Under the pieces are notes generated by a model. That model was not told where the DNA came from. It searched no databases and saw only the letters and a program-made list of their open reading frames with translations. Shown one piece after another: positions 1 to 11,825 of a DNA stretch of 64,000 nucleotides. This DNA comes from Lobosporangium transversale. Its lineage: Eukaryota. The position numbers were made by a program, and so were the translations under genes. The stretch is taken from NCBI RefSeq assembly GCF_002105155.1, contig NW_019029010.1, positions 1 to 64,000 on the forward strand, written 5' to 3'. Numbering within the stretch: position 1 is the first letter of the stretch; every line of letters starts with the position of its first letter.

Positions 1-661
1 AAGCCTGAAGGGAAGTGTGCGCCAAGATGATTGACAATGAAGCTCTTCCCGGACCCAGGGTTTCCAGTTATGAATAAGGCATATTTGAATGAAATACCGG
101 TCATTTTTTTTTTGTGATTATTGGGGCAGCCGAGATTAAAGAACGGAAGGGATTGATATTTGAACTTGGATGGTATAGTTGTATATAAATAAAAAAAAAA
201 TAAAAAAAAAAAGGGAGACGACATGCACATACTCTTCTCTTTCAAATATTAACTTCGCCCTGATTGAATTGACTAACAATCAATAAAGCTTGCTTCGCCA
301 TATTATTCATTTAATATGCCTTTAAGAGCCCATGAACAATCCCAAAGTTTTATGCACAGTGTACCATTTGGGGCAAATATATTTTATTTTGCATGAATTG
401 TACATACAACTTGACATACATCGTTGGCGAAGTAACAAAAATATATAATACATGTATATACACAACTTCGTTTGTTTGTCCATACAAAAAAAAAAGAAAG
501 AAAGAAAGATAAAGTTCTAGGAGTGGACCATAACAAAACCAATTATGGCGAAGCTTTTTTTCTTCTTTTTTTATTATATAAAGTGTGAGGAATAAGAAAG
601 CGCTCCGCCAACTTCTAATAAATAAAGAAAACCCCGATTTCAACGACAGTACAACAGATAA

Positions 662-1384
662 ATGGGTATCAGCTATGCATTATTCATTACTGGTAATCCT
701 GGTGTCGGCAAGAGCTACATCGCCAACAACCTAGGCGCAAGCTTCCTCTCGGGGTTCGCATTACATGGTGGAGGCGTGACGACAAACATCCAGAAAGAAG
801 AAGTGACGATTAATGGGGAACATGTCCTCCTCGTGGATGCCCCTGGACTGGTGGAGGTCGACCTAGTGGCAACACGACGAAATGCGCAAATGATCTCTGA
901 GGCATTGAGGATCGGACATAATATCCCTTGCAAACTTGCACTCATTGTTGCAGACCACAATGGAAGGATCCAGCAAGCTGATATGCTCCTGATAAGGAAG
1001 ATTCATGAAGCATTGACCCCCAAGTTCGACATCCTGTTGATTGTAAATCAAGTCAAGCGACGGAATATACGGCACTACACATCCGATGAATGTCTTAACA
1101 GCTTAGTCAATACAATCAACTCCATTACAGGAACGAGCGTCGATAGAGAGCGGTTGGTGGTCATACCAGAGGATGAAGGTGGCTGGCCAAATATGGAGCC
1201 CATGAAACAAAAACTACAATGGATGTCAAAGAACACTGTGCGCAATGTCCAAAACATCACTGTTTCGAATGAAGAGTTCGCTTCTGTTGGAGAACAGATT
1301 CTTTTTTACACTTTTGCCGTTGTAGCAGCTCTCACCTCTCCGATTTGGGGGATCCCTTATCTCATCGTCAAAGCTTTTAAATAA
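662..1384 (+). CDS. AIG1/GIMAP-like P-loop GTPase, copy 1, with C-terminal hydrophobic anchor
   Basis: Intronless 240-aa ORF with G1 GNPGVGKS, G2 Thr in GGVTT, G3 DAPG and G4-position IVNQ. C-terminal ILFYTFAVVAALTSPIWGIPYLIV is hydrophobic. TATATAAA at ~575. Confidence 0.8.
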   Translation: MGISYALFITGNPGVGKSYIANNLGASFLSGFALHGGGVTTNIQKEEVTINGEHVLLVDAPGLVEVDLVATRRNAQMISEALRIGHNIPCKLALIVADHNGRIQQADMLLIRKIHEALTPKFDILLIVNQVKRRNIRHYTSDECLNSLVNTINSITGTSVDRERLVVIPEDEGGWPNMEPMKQKLQWMSKNTVRNVQNITVSNEEFASVGEQILFYTFAVVAALTSPIWGIPYLIVKAFK

Positions 1385-2661
1385 TTACCGAGATACGAAT
1401 GGATCCTTAGCTATTAGGGTCACTGTTTTATTCCATTAGTATATGGATTCATTAAATAGTTTCAATAAAAAAAGGTAAGAATGTAAAGGATGGTAATCAA
1501 ACCCCATTATAACACCTTTGAATTTGATGTCACCGCTATTATTGCTGCTAAAGAGGGTTGAAGGCGTTCTCGCAATGAAGAAGAGAAAACTCCACTCTTC
1601 ATATTGATTTTCATTGGAGAGTAAAATTGCGATCATTAGGCCCACACGGTGATCAGGAACATCGTTTTCTGCTGTTGATGCACATCGGAACCTCTGATGA
1701 GGGAAGAATGGGGAAATGAGAATGAGCATTCATCTTCACATTGGGATGATTCTCATGTGATCTCGGGCCACAAAAATGGACCAAGTGTGAAGGATCCGAG
1801 AGCCAGGACTCCTTTCCTTCTGACGTGGTCCAGCAAGAAATTACGGCTGGGCATACGAATTGCGTATGTGGGGAAAACTCCAATGAATTGACAGCATTCT
1901 GTATCTTGCTCCTTCCCCTGGGCCATGACACACAGAAAAAAAAGAATGGTGTGTTTACTGCATAATGAACATGGGATGTCCAATTGGGTTTATTGTTGTT
2001 GGCGAAGCAATCATGAAAAGATTAAAGTTTCGAAACCTCACCCCTCAATGCATCTCCAACGAAGCAATTTTTCCAGTTGTTGAAATTTCACGTATTTGGC
2101 GCATCCAACCCCTCTGTTGTACTTGTTGTACTCTGTTCATCATTGGTAACCAATATCGCAGTTACCGAGAGTAAATACAGGGTTAATTGTGAGAAGGTCG
2201 GTTTCTTGTAAGGGGCGCAATTGTAGATCTATTATCTTTTTTAGAAGAAGCTTATGATGTGTCTGGGGCCACGAAGCTTGGGATATCAGCAGAGTTAGTA
2301 GTTGGAGTTCTTTACTTGGCCTGTCTGTCAGGGACTATAAATGACCACTTTTTTTATTTGGATAAACTTGGGCTGTATTCGAAGAATCGATTGATTATTG
2401 TTGGCGAAGTAAATCAGGGGTCATGTTCAACAGAGGGACGTCTGCACATGCAACTTTTTTTTGTTATTTTTTGTTTATTTTAGTTGAACAAAGGTTCCCT
2501 TACTACCTGGACTGAGCACAGCAGGACACAAAAATCAAAAAAAAAAAAAAAAAAAAAAAAAGAAATACACACGGTTGGCGGTTGTGAAATGTCTGAATAT
2601 TTATATAAAACTACAAGGGTGTATAAAAATATCAAAATCCACCCCTCCTGATGTATTCCCA

Positions 2662-3516
2662 ATGTCCCATTTATACAATCTCATTTTCGGCCAGCCGCAA
2701 GACCCTACCATCGAGTCGCTGAAACGCCACGTAGCAAGCCAACAGGGAGCATACAGTTATATTCTGCTCATTGCTGGCAACCCTGGAGTTGGGAAGAGTT
2801 TTATTGCTAATAGCCTTGGAGCAAATTTCATGTCCGACTTCTCGACAGACGGTGCTGGAATAACAAGAGTTTTACAATATGGTGACGTCTCGATTGACAA
2901 TCAGCCGGTCCTTGTGCTTGATGTGCCAGGCCTGTTTGAGGGAACTCTGGCTACGACGAGGCGCAATGCAAAGGAAATCACCAAAGCATTACAAATTGGA
3001 AAGATCACTGAAATCCCTCTCAAGATCGGGATCGTTATAGAGGACAAAAATGGAAGAATTGACGAAAAGGATAGGCTCTTGATCGAGAAGATCCACAAAG
3101 CATTGTCACCCAGCCCCGAGTTCCTTTTGATTTTCAACCAGGTCAAGCAGCGCAACAAGGAGAAGTATACACTGTTGTATATAGAGAGAGTGGTGAATAT
3201 ATTCGGCGCTAACACTGGTGTTGGTGTCGATAAGGCTCGTACGATTGTTATCGAAGACTACAATAATGATGAGTCAGACATGGGGTCACTCATTGTCATG
3301 CTCAGGAGAGTCAATGCAATACGAGTGCAAAGTGTCACCGATATCACAGTTACCGAGAATGAATATAAGTCCTACTCAAAAGCTTTAATTGAACACTTTT
3401 CCGTGGCTGTGGCATATGGTTTGGCTATGGCCGGAACAAGAGCAGCACCAGCGAAGGCGGCAGCGTCAATAGTGCTGACAGCTTCTTATATGGTCTACAA
3501 GTCAATGAATCGCTAA
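2662..3516 (+). CDS. AIG1/GIMAP-like P-loop GTPase, copy 2
   Basis: Motifs GNPGVGKS, GIT, DVPG, NGRI and IFNQVK are colinear with copy 1. ATG 2662 (MSHLYNL) follows TATA-like boxes at ~2600-2630. Hydrophobic Ala-rich C-terminus. Confidence 0.8.
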   Translation: MSHLYNLIFGQPQDPTIESLKRHVASQQGAYSYILLIAGNPGVGKSFIANSLGANFMSDFSTDGAGITRVLQYGDVSIDNQPVLVLDVPGLFEGTLATTRRNAKEITKALQIGKITEIPLKIGIVIEDKNGRIDEKDRLLIEKIHKALSPSPEFLLIFNQVKQRNKEKYTLLYIERVVNIFGANTGVGVDKARTIVIEDYNNDESDMGSLIVMLRRVNAIRVQSVTDITVTENEYKSYSKALIEHFSVAVAYGLAMAGTRAAPAKAAASIVLTASYMVYKSMNR

Positions 3517-3819
3517 CCTTAAAAACTCCATGAGGTCAGCGCTCTCTATCACTGTCTTTTTATTTTTCTTGAAAATAAAATCGTCTGAGGTGACGGTATT
3601 TTCATCCATGAACAGTACATGATGTCGGCTTTTTTTTACTTTCTTTTTGCGCAAAAGAGGTAGCATATAAAGTACTGTGCATCAAAGTCTACTTCTTCAA
3701 GGGGTTTGAACCTTATAAATTCCTATATCCCTTCTTTCTCTTTTATCGCAGTTCATATTGTTTCCCATATTACCGAGTGGGATACCGCGTACATAATATA
3801 TCTTAACAGCCATGCAGCC

Positions 3820-4173
3820 ATGCAGAGCACTCTCAATTGTCTTCTGTTCATCACAGGCAATCCTGGATCTGGAAAGTAATTATAAATTTGGTTTCTAAGT
3901 GCGCGGCGGTGGAGTGACAGAAGTACAAGAGCAAATCGTAAATATTGACGGCCAAATAGTGCTCCTAGGCGATGCGCCGGGTCTGTCTGGCTGTAGCAGA
4001 TTTGGAAGCAATGAAGCGCAGCGCAGGTAAGATTGCCAAAGCACTTCAAATTGGAATGAACAGGCATACCCCATTAAAGATTGGGGTCGTTGTGACAGAT
4101 CGCAACGGAAGAATCCAGGATTCCGATATACTCCTGATTCAAAAGATCAACCAGGTATTGGCATGCAGATTTG

Positions 4174-4205
<32 letters not shown>

Positions 4206-4540
4206 GATTGTCAACCAAACCAGAAAACGAAATATGCCATGCTATGCCACGCAGGAGTGTATAGGGAATTTAGCCACCAATATCCAAAGACATACTGAAG
4301 TTATTATCGAGACAGATCGTGTGAGGAGCAAGACGAAGAGGAACATCCTAAATGAGGGTGCTTAAGGATATGCTCGGAAGGGTTACGGAAAGAGAGGTAC
4401 AAGATGCCAAAAGAATTGAAATCACAAAACAAGAATATGAGACTCTTGGGAGACATTTACACTGTAGCTACGCCCGCTGTACCCATATCTCCAATCTGGG
4501 GGCCGCCTTACTTGTTCTACAAACCCAATTTAATCTTTAG
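3820..4540 (+). pseudogene. AIG1/GIMAP-like GTPase, copy 3, disrupted
   Basis: MQSTLNCLLFITGNPGSGK* (stop 3877-3879), then GGGVTEVQEQIVNIDGQIVLLGDAPGL, KALQIG..KIGVVVTDRNGRIQDSDILLIQKI, LIVNQ and SPIWGPPYL, spread over different frames. T29 run at 4177-4205. Confidence 0.85.
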
Positions 4541-4798
4541 CCCTTCATTAAGCTGACCAATTCAAACTAAATCCCTGCTTTAACATGCAGTACATGAGGT
4601 ACGTTCTTACAAGAACATCCGATGCAACATCGCTTTTGTTCTGGAGGATTTTGGGAATTCACCTCTGATACTTGGGGGTAAAGCGATCATATTATTCATT
4701 ACTTTTTAAATACCTATTATACTCTGAATACATGCTGGTCTTTCTATCGCCACATATCGCAATTTTTTTATTTTTTTATTTTTTATTGATATTATTAT

Positions 4799-6163
4799 TC
4801 ACTTGAAGGTATCAATCGCAGCATGGATTGTTTTTTCGTCAGTTTCGAGCTCCTTATATGCATGGTCTTCAGGCTTGTCTGAATCAATCTCATTCTCTAA
4901 CTCCGTTTCGACCTCTTCTTCAAGCCCCTTTACCACCTCTGCAAATTCCTCCTTGGCATCCTTGTTCACTGCAATGAGGACCAACTCCACATGTTGTACG
5001 TCTAAAAACTCGGTCGTATCCAAGGCTGTGTATCGAACATTATCCTTGCGAACACCTCTAAATTTCTCCTGCAAGTGTTTTGGTAATGTAGCTGCCCCTT
5101 GTCCCAACGATGCATAACGTGCTTGGCCACGCTCTGTAGCTGGAGACTTGATCTCTGGGTTCTTCACTTGTATAATGAAATGTCCTTCTTTCTGAAGCCC
5201 AAATGCCTCCTGGACTTCTAGGGGTTTCTCAGGGACCTCGAGCTCATACAAGAAATGAGACGTTCCATGATGCACGACAATATTAAATCGTGCCTCTCCA
5301 ATCAATCGAGCAGGCTCCTGAGTTCGATCACCACGAGTCTTTGTTGAATACGAATAGCGTTCCAATCTCTTTTCAAGGTCATCCAAGTCAGATGAGGCCT
5401 CATCCACGAATGCCCAGACACGAGACTTGGGCCCTTTACCGGGGGAAGGAAAGGTCTTTTGTGGGATCACTAGCAATCGATGACAGGGCTTGCCCTCATG
5501 TGAAGGCTTTCTTGCTTCATCACCTTGTTCCAGCTTATCCTCTGGAGCAGGCCTACCAGCCGCATCATCTGGACTAAGTAGCAGGTAAAACTTTTGAACG
5601 TCCTGAGTCCCCGAAATGTCTTTGGTATCGACCTTGGGGCGGTAAAAAAAGAATGCATGACCCTTCTCAACTACAACCGACTCATCCTCATTTCCGTCCT
5701 TATCTGTACTATCATCCTTGGATTTGACATTTGTGTCCTTGGAGTCACTAGCGTCGCCATTTGTCGACTTGGACTTGTTATCGCTATCTCCCCCATCGTT
5801 TGAGTCCTTAGTGTTGCTATCTGAGTCCACTAAGAATTCATTTTTTAGAGAAGGACTTTTTTTCAACAATCATTGTTTTAATCTCTGTAGCACTAAAACC
5901 CACTTCACGATTGCAGCACTCCGATCTTTACCTTGACCATGACCATCCTTGTCTTCTAGTTTAGGTTTGTCTTGGGATTGTTGGTCATCCTCATTGGAGG
6001 ATACGGTTGATGATGAAGTTGCTGTTGCTGATTTTTGTTCTTGATCGGTGGATTTTTTAGAGGCTTGCCGAGTACGCTTAGTGATTGGCTCATATTCGGG
6101 ATCGGTTGGAGAGGCGTGTTTAGTACCAGCAGTAGCCTCAGAGTTCTTCTTTGAGGTAGCCAT
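4799..6163 (-). CDS. Conserved hypothetical protein with charged low-complexity N-terminus; 2 exons (6163-5932, 5829-4799)
   Basis: GTAAAG donor at 5931 and TTAG acceptor at 5830 join the frames (GQ-V-DSD). Motifs EKGHAFFFYRPKV, YSTKTRGDR and EVQEAFGL..EGHFIIQVKNPE resemble an uncharacterised family I recall from fungi, plants and prokaryotes. Confidence 0.75.
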
Positions 6164-8491
6164 ATCGTGTGAGGGTGCGTCGTGTGTGTAAAAGTAAGAT
6201 GTTTAATGTGAGAAAGCAAGTGTGTGAATGTGTGAGTGCAACTGCGAGTGTAGGCGTGTGAATGTTCAAATATGAGTTTAGAGTGTGAAAAAAAGATATC
6301 AGACCAGTTTATTGCATGATATGGTTTGTATGGATTCGACTATATGACGTACAAATGGTTTCAGCGCGTTTGTATTATGATGAAGACATGAACTCATGGA
6401 CAATTGGAACGTGAGAACGTGAGACTTTGTAAGTGCAGTTTTGTGGGATCACGTGATCAATTGATCATTGGCTGACTGGTACATTTGTTGATCTGTAAAG
6501 TTTTTAAAGTTTGTCCAGAAATTCAGGGACAACAGATTAGAAAGATTAGAAAGGTGACGGAAATAAACAGAACTTACAAAATTTTTTGTGGGTGTGCCGG
6601 CACCCAAATACTTGTGTCTAGCGTCGTGCGCGCTTTGCAGCAGGGGCGGGCGGCTTTTCCGAGGGTTTGTACTTTGTAGGTCTCTCTTGCCTCTCAATTT
6701 GAGCAAGACCGATTCTTACGATGAAACAAAAAAAAAAATACACTGCGATGCAAAATGTGTTTCTACATGTGCAGAAATCAAAGAGATGCTTCAGCTGTTT
6801 ATTCAATAGCCTGGTGCATGTTCGTGTACACACAACTGACAGTGATTGACGAACAAAAAAGGAAAAAAATTCTCACTCCCATTCCATGCATGAGTATACC
6901 GCCAAATATTTTCGAAACTAAAAAAACCCGAGACGCAAGGAATGTGCAGGCAACAAAGAAGCACAACAACTGCTTGCTCATATACACTTTTTTTTCACCG
7001 TTGGTGTGCCTGTAGTCTTTTAAGCTTTCTGTCTGGCCGTTTAACACAAAGAACTTCAAGAAAAAAAAATACCCCGCATGATTGGTGCCAGGTCTGAAAA
7101 CAACAATAATGCACATATCGTACATGGAAGATAGGGCCTTGACACTATGACTATTGTTATGTGGACTCATCGAAATCAACTTGTGATCACAACTGCTGCT
7201 CATGCTCTGTTGCCAAGGACTTGAAAAGAGATACAAACCCCTTCTTCATTGCTCTCATAATCGCTCACATCCTCTCAATACTTTCTTTCGCCGCCGTAAA
7301 TGCCCATTACATCTGAATCACGGTTATCTTGTATCACTTGTTCAGCGCTTTGGTTGTATAGCTCGCAATCCACGACTCCAAGCCTAGGGTCCCTTATTGC
7401 CACTAGTTTTCTTCCAAGCTCAATGACAATAAACATGGTGATTATATCACCGCTTACGACTGCTGAAGGGAATTCTACAATAAGCGGTTAACAAGCAAAA
7501 ATTTTTAACATGAACAGCTACAGCCCTTATCCTCCTTCATTGGAAAAATCCCGTTTGTTATCAAGTGCCATCTTGAGGAAGTTCAAGATGATTGTATATG
7601 GAGGGTACGCAAGTAGAGCAGTATAAAGCTTTTCAAGAGCACCATAGTGGATTGAAATACAATGATGCACAGGGAACCATGGTTGGAATGCCCTGATGCT
7701 AATACAAAAGGTTATGATGGGGAGTTTTTATAGTTCTATTGGGACGTATACATACTAGAAACTTGACTGTAATAAAATAAAATGCTACGCCACACACGTC
7801 GAGAAATGAAACGTCCCAAGCAGAATAGACAACCACAACTATGCCCGCAAAGGTAGCAGTGAAACGTAGTTCAATACAGTATCACTGCTTGACACTATGT
7901 TTGGGATCCCGGTATGTCTCGGCATCTCCTTGTCTATGAGTTATAATACTGACATGAATGTTTTTTGTCGGTATTGGCTACGTGTAGCAACGGTACTTAA
8001 ATCGATGGCTCCATCGCTCTAATATTCGCATAGGAAATACAAGGAGGTATTGAGCCGAGAGCTCACGCTTATTTGGGTAAACAGGGATGCAGGCATCGAA
8101 CGAGGCTGGAGCGAGAGGCTAGCTTCCATTGATGTAGGCAGGTCCGGCGAACTGACTGCGAAGCCATTTGTCAAAAAAAAAAAAAAAAAAAAAAAACATA
8201 AAACCTGCAAAGCTTCCCTACGTCGCGCTGTAATAAAGGGGTGAGAGACTCGCAACCCTCTCATTCTTAATGATTTATATGCCTTTTTGTTCTATTGTCC
8301 TACAGATTGATCAAAGTGTCCTGAAAGTCCAGAACACTCGATCGAACCTTAATTTTACCAGCAGCCTTGTACCACCAATTATCTTTCAAACCCATATAGT
8401 AGAATGAATTTTGCATCATCTTGTCGTTCAAAGACGCCATTTCAGCATATGCGCACTTATCCTTTCATCGGCACATTACATTAACATTTCT

Positions 8492-10219
8492 TTATGTATC
8501 AGTAACAGCGTACTCAATGGCGCCCATAGCGCCTCCTACAACGATGACAAGTGGAACCGGAATATTCAAGTATTCTGATGCCACAAATGCGGTCGCTACG
8601 ATCACAGCATGATAGCTGTCACTACCTCCATCTGCTGTTGTTTGCACCCACAGAAGCCAAGCAGCCGAGAAGATAAAGCCGAGAGCGCAAGAGTTGACAC
8701 CACGAAAGATCATCTTCACTGCCGGTCGCTCACGAAAGAATTGCCAGAATGGGATGATTGCATTCTTGAGGATCAAACCTGGGAAATAAATGGCAATATA
8801 AGAGATTATTGCTCCCAACAAAGTGTTCTTATTGACTCTGGCCATCGCAACCGCCCCTAAGAAGCAAGCAAAGTTGAAGTTGGGCCCTGGAAGCGACTGG
8901 ATTACAGCAAGGCCGATCAGAAATTGTTGGTTGGTCAACCATCCTGCGTCCACTGTATAGGTCTTCAAGAGAGGGACAACTACATGACCACCACCAAAGA
9001 TGATCGAGCCCACTACATAGAACGTTGATGCCAGCTGGCCATACCCTGTCTCTGTGGGAGAAATCAAGACCCGGACAAGAATAGCAGCGATGAGCAAAAC
9101 AACAAATACCGCAAAACAAACAATTCCGGATAATCGAGAATACACATATCTCGCTTGTTGGTCACCGCTCTAATATAATCATAAAAAAAAAAAAAAATAA
9201 AAAAAAAGATGGTCAAGTTGCTTCAAGGAAACAATGGAAACGTAATACGCCTGCATTCTTACCTCTGACTGCATTGCTTGTTCACCTTTGAAGTTTGGTC
9301 GGCTATGAGGACTGGCGTCTACTTTAGTATTGAATTTCTGACTAGCTTTATCGCCTCTTTCAGCTTCATCTTCCAATATACTCTCTGTTGTTTCTAATTC
9401 ATTTGCCGCATCTCCTTGCTCCAGATCCTTGGACTCTACTGATGCAACAGCTTTATGCGAAGTAGCAGCTTTTTTTGCTCTTCGTCTCGTGAGCACCGGT
9501 GTGATATAAGCATCGAAAACAAAGCTGGATATGCCACCCAGCACCATGATCAAAGGTAAGAGCCAAGGAGCAGAATAGAGAGCTGTTGTACTTCCAGCGA
9601 TAAGGGCCAGGACCCTAGTCAACCTATCTGTCGTTAGAACAGTCGACATTCGATATGCTGCTAGGATCACCAGACCAATGGCTGCCGCCGACAGCCCTTG
9701 CCCCAGCCGAACTGCCCATATCGGGATGTCGCCTTTGATACCGCCAATCAGCACTCCTACTACAGTCATCACTATTGCACCAGGAATGCTATTTTTTTTT
9801 TTTTTTAAAAAAAAAAACAAAAAAAAAAAAAAAAAAAAAGTGAGAAAGTAAGAGAGAGAGAGAGAGGAAGAGAGAGCATTAAGGACCCATACCTACCTCC
9901 AGAGCAAGAAAGCAAAGATAGCACAAAGGACGCCGGACCTGATCAAGGCAAGGCTGTAAGCGATCTTGGCACTTGCAGGTCCAGGCAATGCTTGACTGAT
10001 GGAAACTAGCTCAGCAAACTGTTCATTCGAGACCCATCGACGCTTTACAATGATTTCATCGTAGAGGATAGCGACATGGGCACTGGGGCCTCCGAAGGCG
10101 ATATATCCGAATTTGACATAAGAAAAAAATGTTTCTTTAAGTCTTCTGCGTAGAGGCGGTGGTTGTAGTAACAGTGTTTTGGAATGGTTGGTATCTGAAG
10201 TTGGTGGGGAGGCTGACAT
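8492..10219 (-). CDS. Chromate ion transporter (CHR family, long two-domain form); 3 exons (10219-9897, 9788-9263, 9169-8492)
   Basis: Two CHR repeats, GYIAFGGPSAH...SQALPGPAS and GSIIFGGGHVVVPLL...QSLPGPNFN. GT-AG introns keep the frame. Confidence 0.92.
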
Positions 10220-10335
10220 TATTTTTATATCTTTCCGTGGCCTGGACCGAGACGCAGTAATGAGTAAGCGATCGTTTTCTTGTGTTTTGGATGATGTGAA
10301 GAAGAGGGCTAGTATTTTGAAAAAGAAAAGAAAAG

Positions 10336-10367
<32 letters not shown>

Positions 10368-11825
10368 ACATGGCTCGTGTTATTGTTATTGCATTTCTTT
10401 TTTTTTTTTTTTTTTTTTTTTGGCTCATTTTGAGAATCGGCCGAAGGTTACACGAACCCGACCCCATGTTGCCATGTTGCTGATGATGACAACATACATC
10501 TCATTGTATATACGTATATATATATATTAACTGCATACAGATGCGTTTGAGGGAATGGTACTGCATATATGCATAACTCTATCTGTTGTGACATTGTTAT
10601 TGATCGGGGCAGTTACTGTCAATTAAGACATAGTTAGTGTCCCTGATACGACTCATGATAGAACATTGTCGCACTGACTAGTCTCTATATATACTCGACC
10701 TGAACTCCATTACATCTTTTACCATCACCGTGTCTCTCGCTGAATTTGGTCTCTTCAAGATCTTTTTTTTTTTTTTTTTTTTTTTTTTTGAATTAGCTCG
10801 CCAACTTTTACAATGGCAGTCAGTAGGCGAGATAAAACGCACAACAAAGTGACAAATTGTTTTAATGGTGTATCTACTATCACAACTCCTATTCAATAAA
10901 TGAAATAACTCTCCCTGTGTCGCGAATAATAAGAATAATAATCTGATAATAGAAATAAAAACTACATTTGACTAGTCTGCACAGGCTTCTCTCCCTCTTC
11001 TCCTAGAGGTCCTAGAGGGAAGGAATCTTCCATTATTTCTGCTCCTTTAGTTGGTCGTCCCTAAAAGCAGTCAACATTTAATGCAAAATAAATAAAAAAG
11101 TTGATAAGAAGGGCGACACCACCAATGCATGTCGTCCAATGGTCTTGCCTATACCGACGAATGTTCGACACAACCAAAAGATTAATTGGCTAGCCTCCCT
11201 TGTGGCCAATATTGCTCGTTGTCTATGGAATGCTTCGAGTTATTTTTCCCAGGGATATTTATTAAGCGTATAGATGTCGGCTTTTACTCAACTGTAGGTC
11301 ATGCGTTGGATAACATGGATGGTCGATTTTGAGAAATTACGGAAATGCCAAGCCAATACCTTTCTTGTAAAGAGCAACCAATAGGCTAGACAGATATTGT
11401 CACGGGCCATCTCCCGGTTTCTTCGACTGATGTCTCTTGCTCTTTCTCCTTCTTCTCTGATCAACCTGGTCTCTATCCGTCTGGTTGATTTTATTGAGCC
11501 AAGCAGTATGTATCTACGTAGTTTATGTCATCTATGCTTTGTCCGGGAGAGGTTTATCCAACAGCAACAGCCTTTTACTTTTGCCAGCGACGCCGCTCAT
11601 GCAGTTTATGAACGCCGTCTTTAATCCTTTAGTGGATGTGTGTGACGTAAGATTATTAACTGAGTGAGGCTTTTTTTTTGGGGAGGCGCACACAGCCCAT
11701 TTTTTGGATTTCGACTCAGCCATTCAGATCAAAAACCTTATAAATAGCGTCTATTTCCATTTTCTTTTTTTACACAACAAAGCATTTTCACTCAAAACTT
11801 AAAATACCACGTTTCGATAAAACAT

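Noticed and set aside
1436..2480. Possible decayed minus-strand gene between GTPase copies 1 and 2
   Set aside because: Semi-open frames, but no recognisable motif and no similarity to the GTPases.
2575..2661. N-terminal extension of GTPase copy 2 in the ORF track
   Set aside because: Starts at a non-ATG codon and overlaps TATA-like boxes; ATG 2662 is preferred.
6449..8264. Cluster of short ORFs between the hypothetical gene and the CHR transporter
   Set aside because: No motifs or coherent splice structure; treated as intergenic.
10179..10896. Short ORFs with poly-Lys or poly-Phe (also at many other positions)
   Set aside because: Products of poly-A/T tracts in non-coding DNA.
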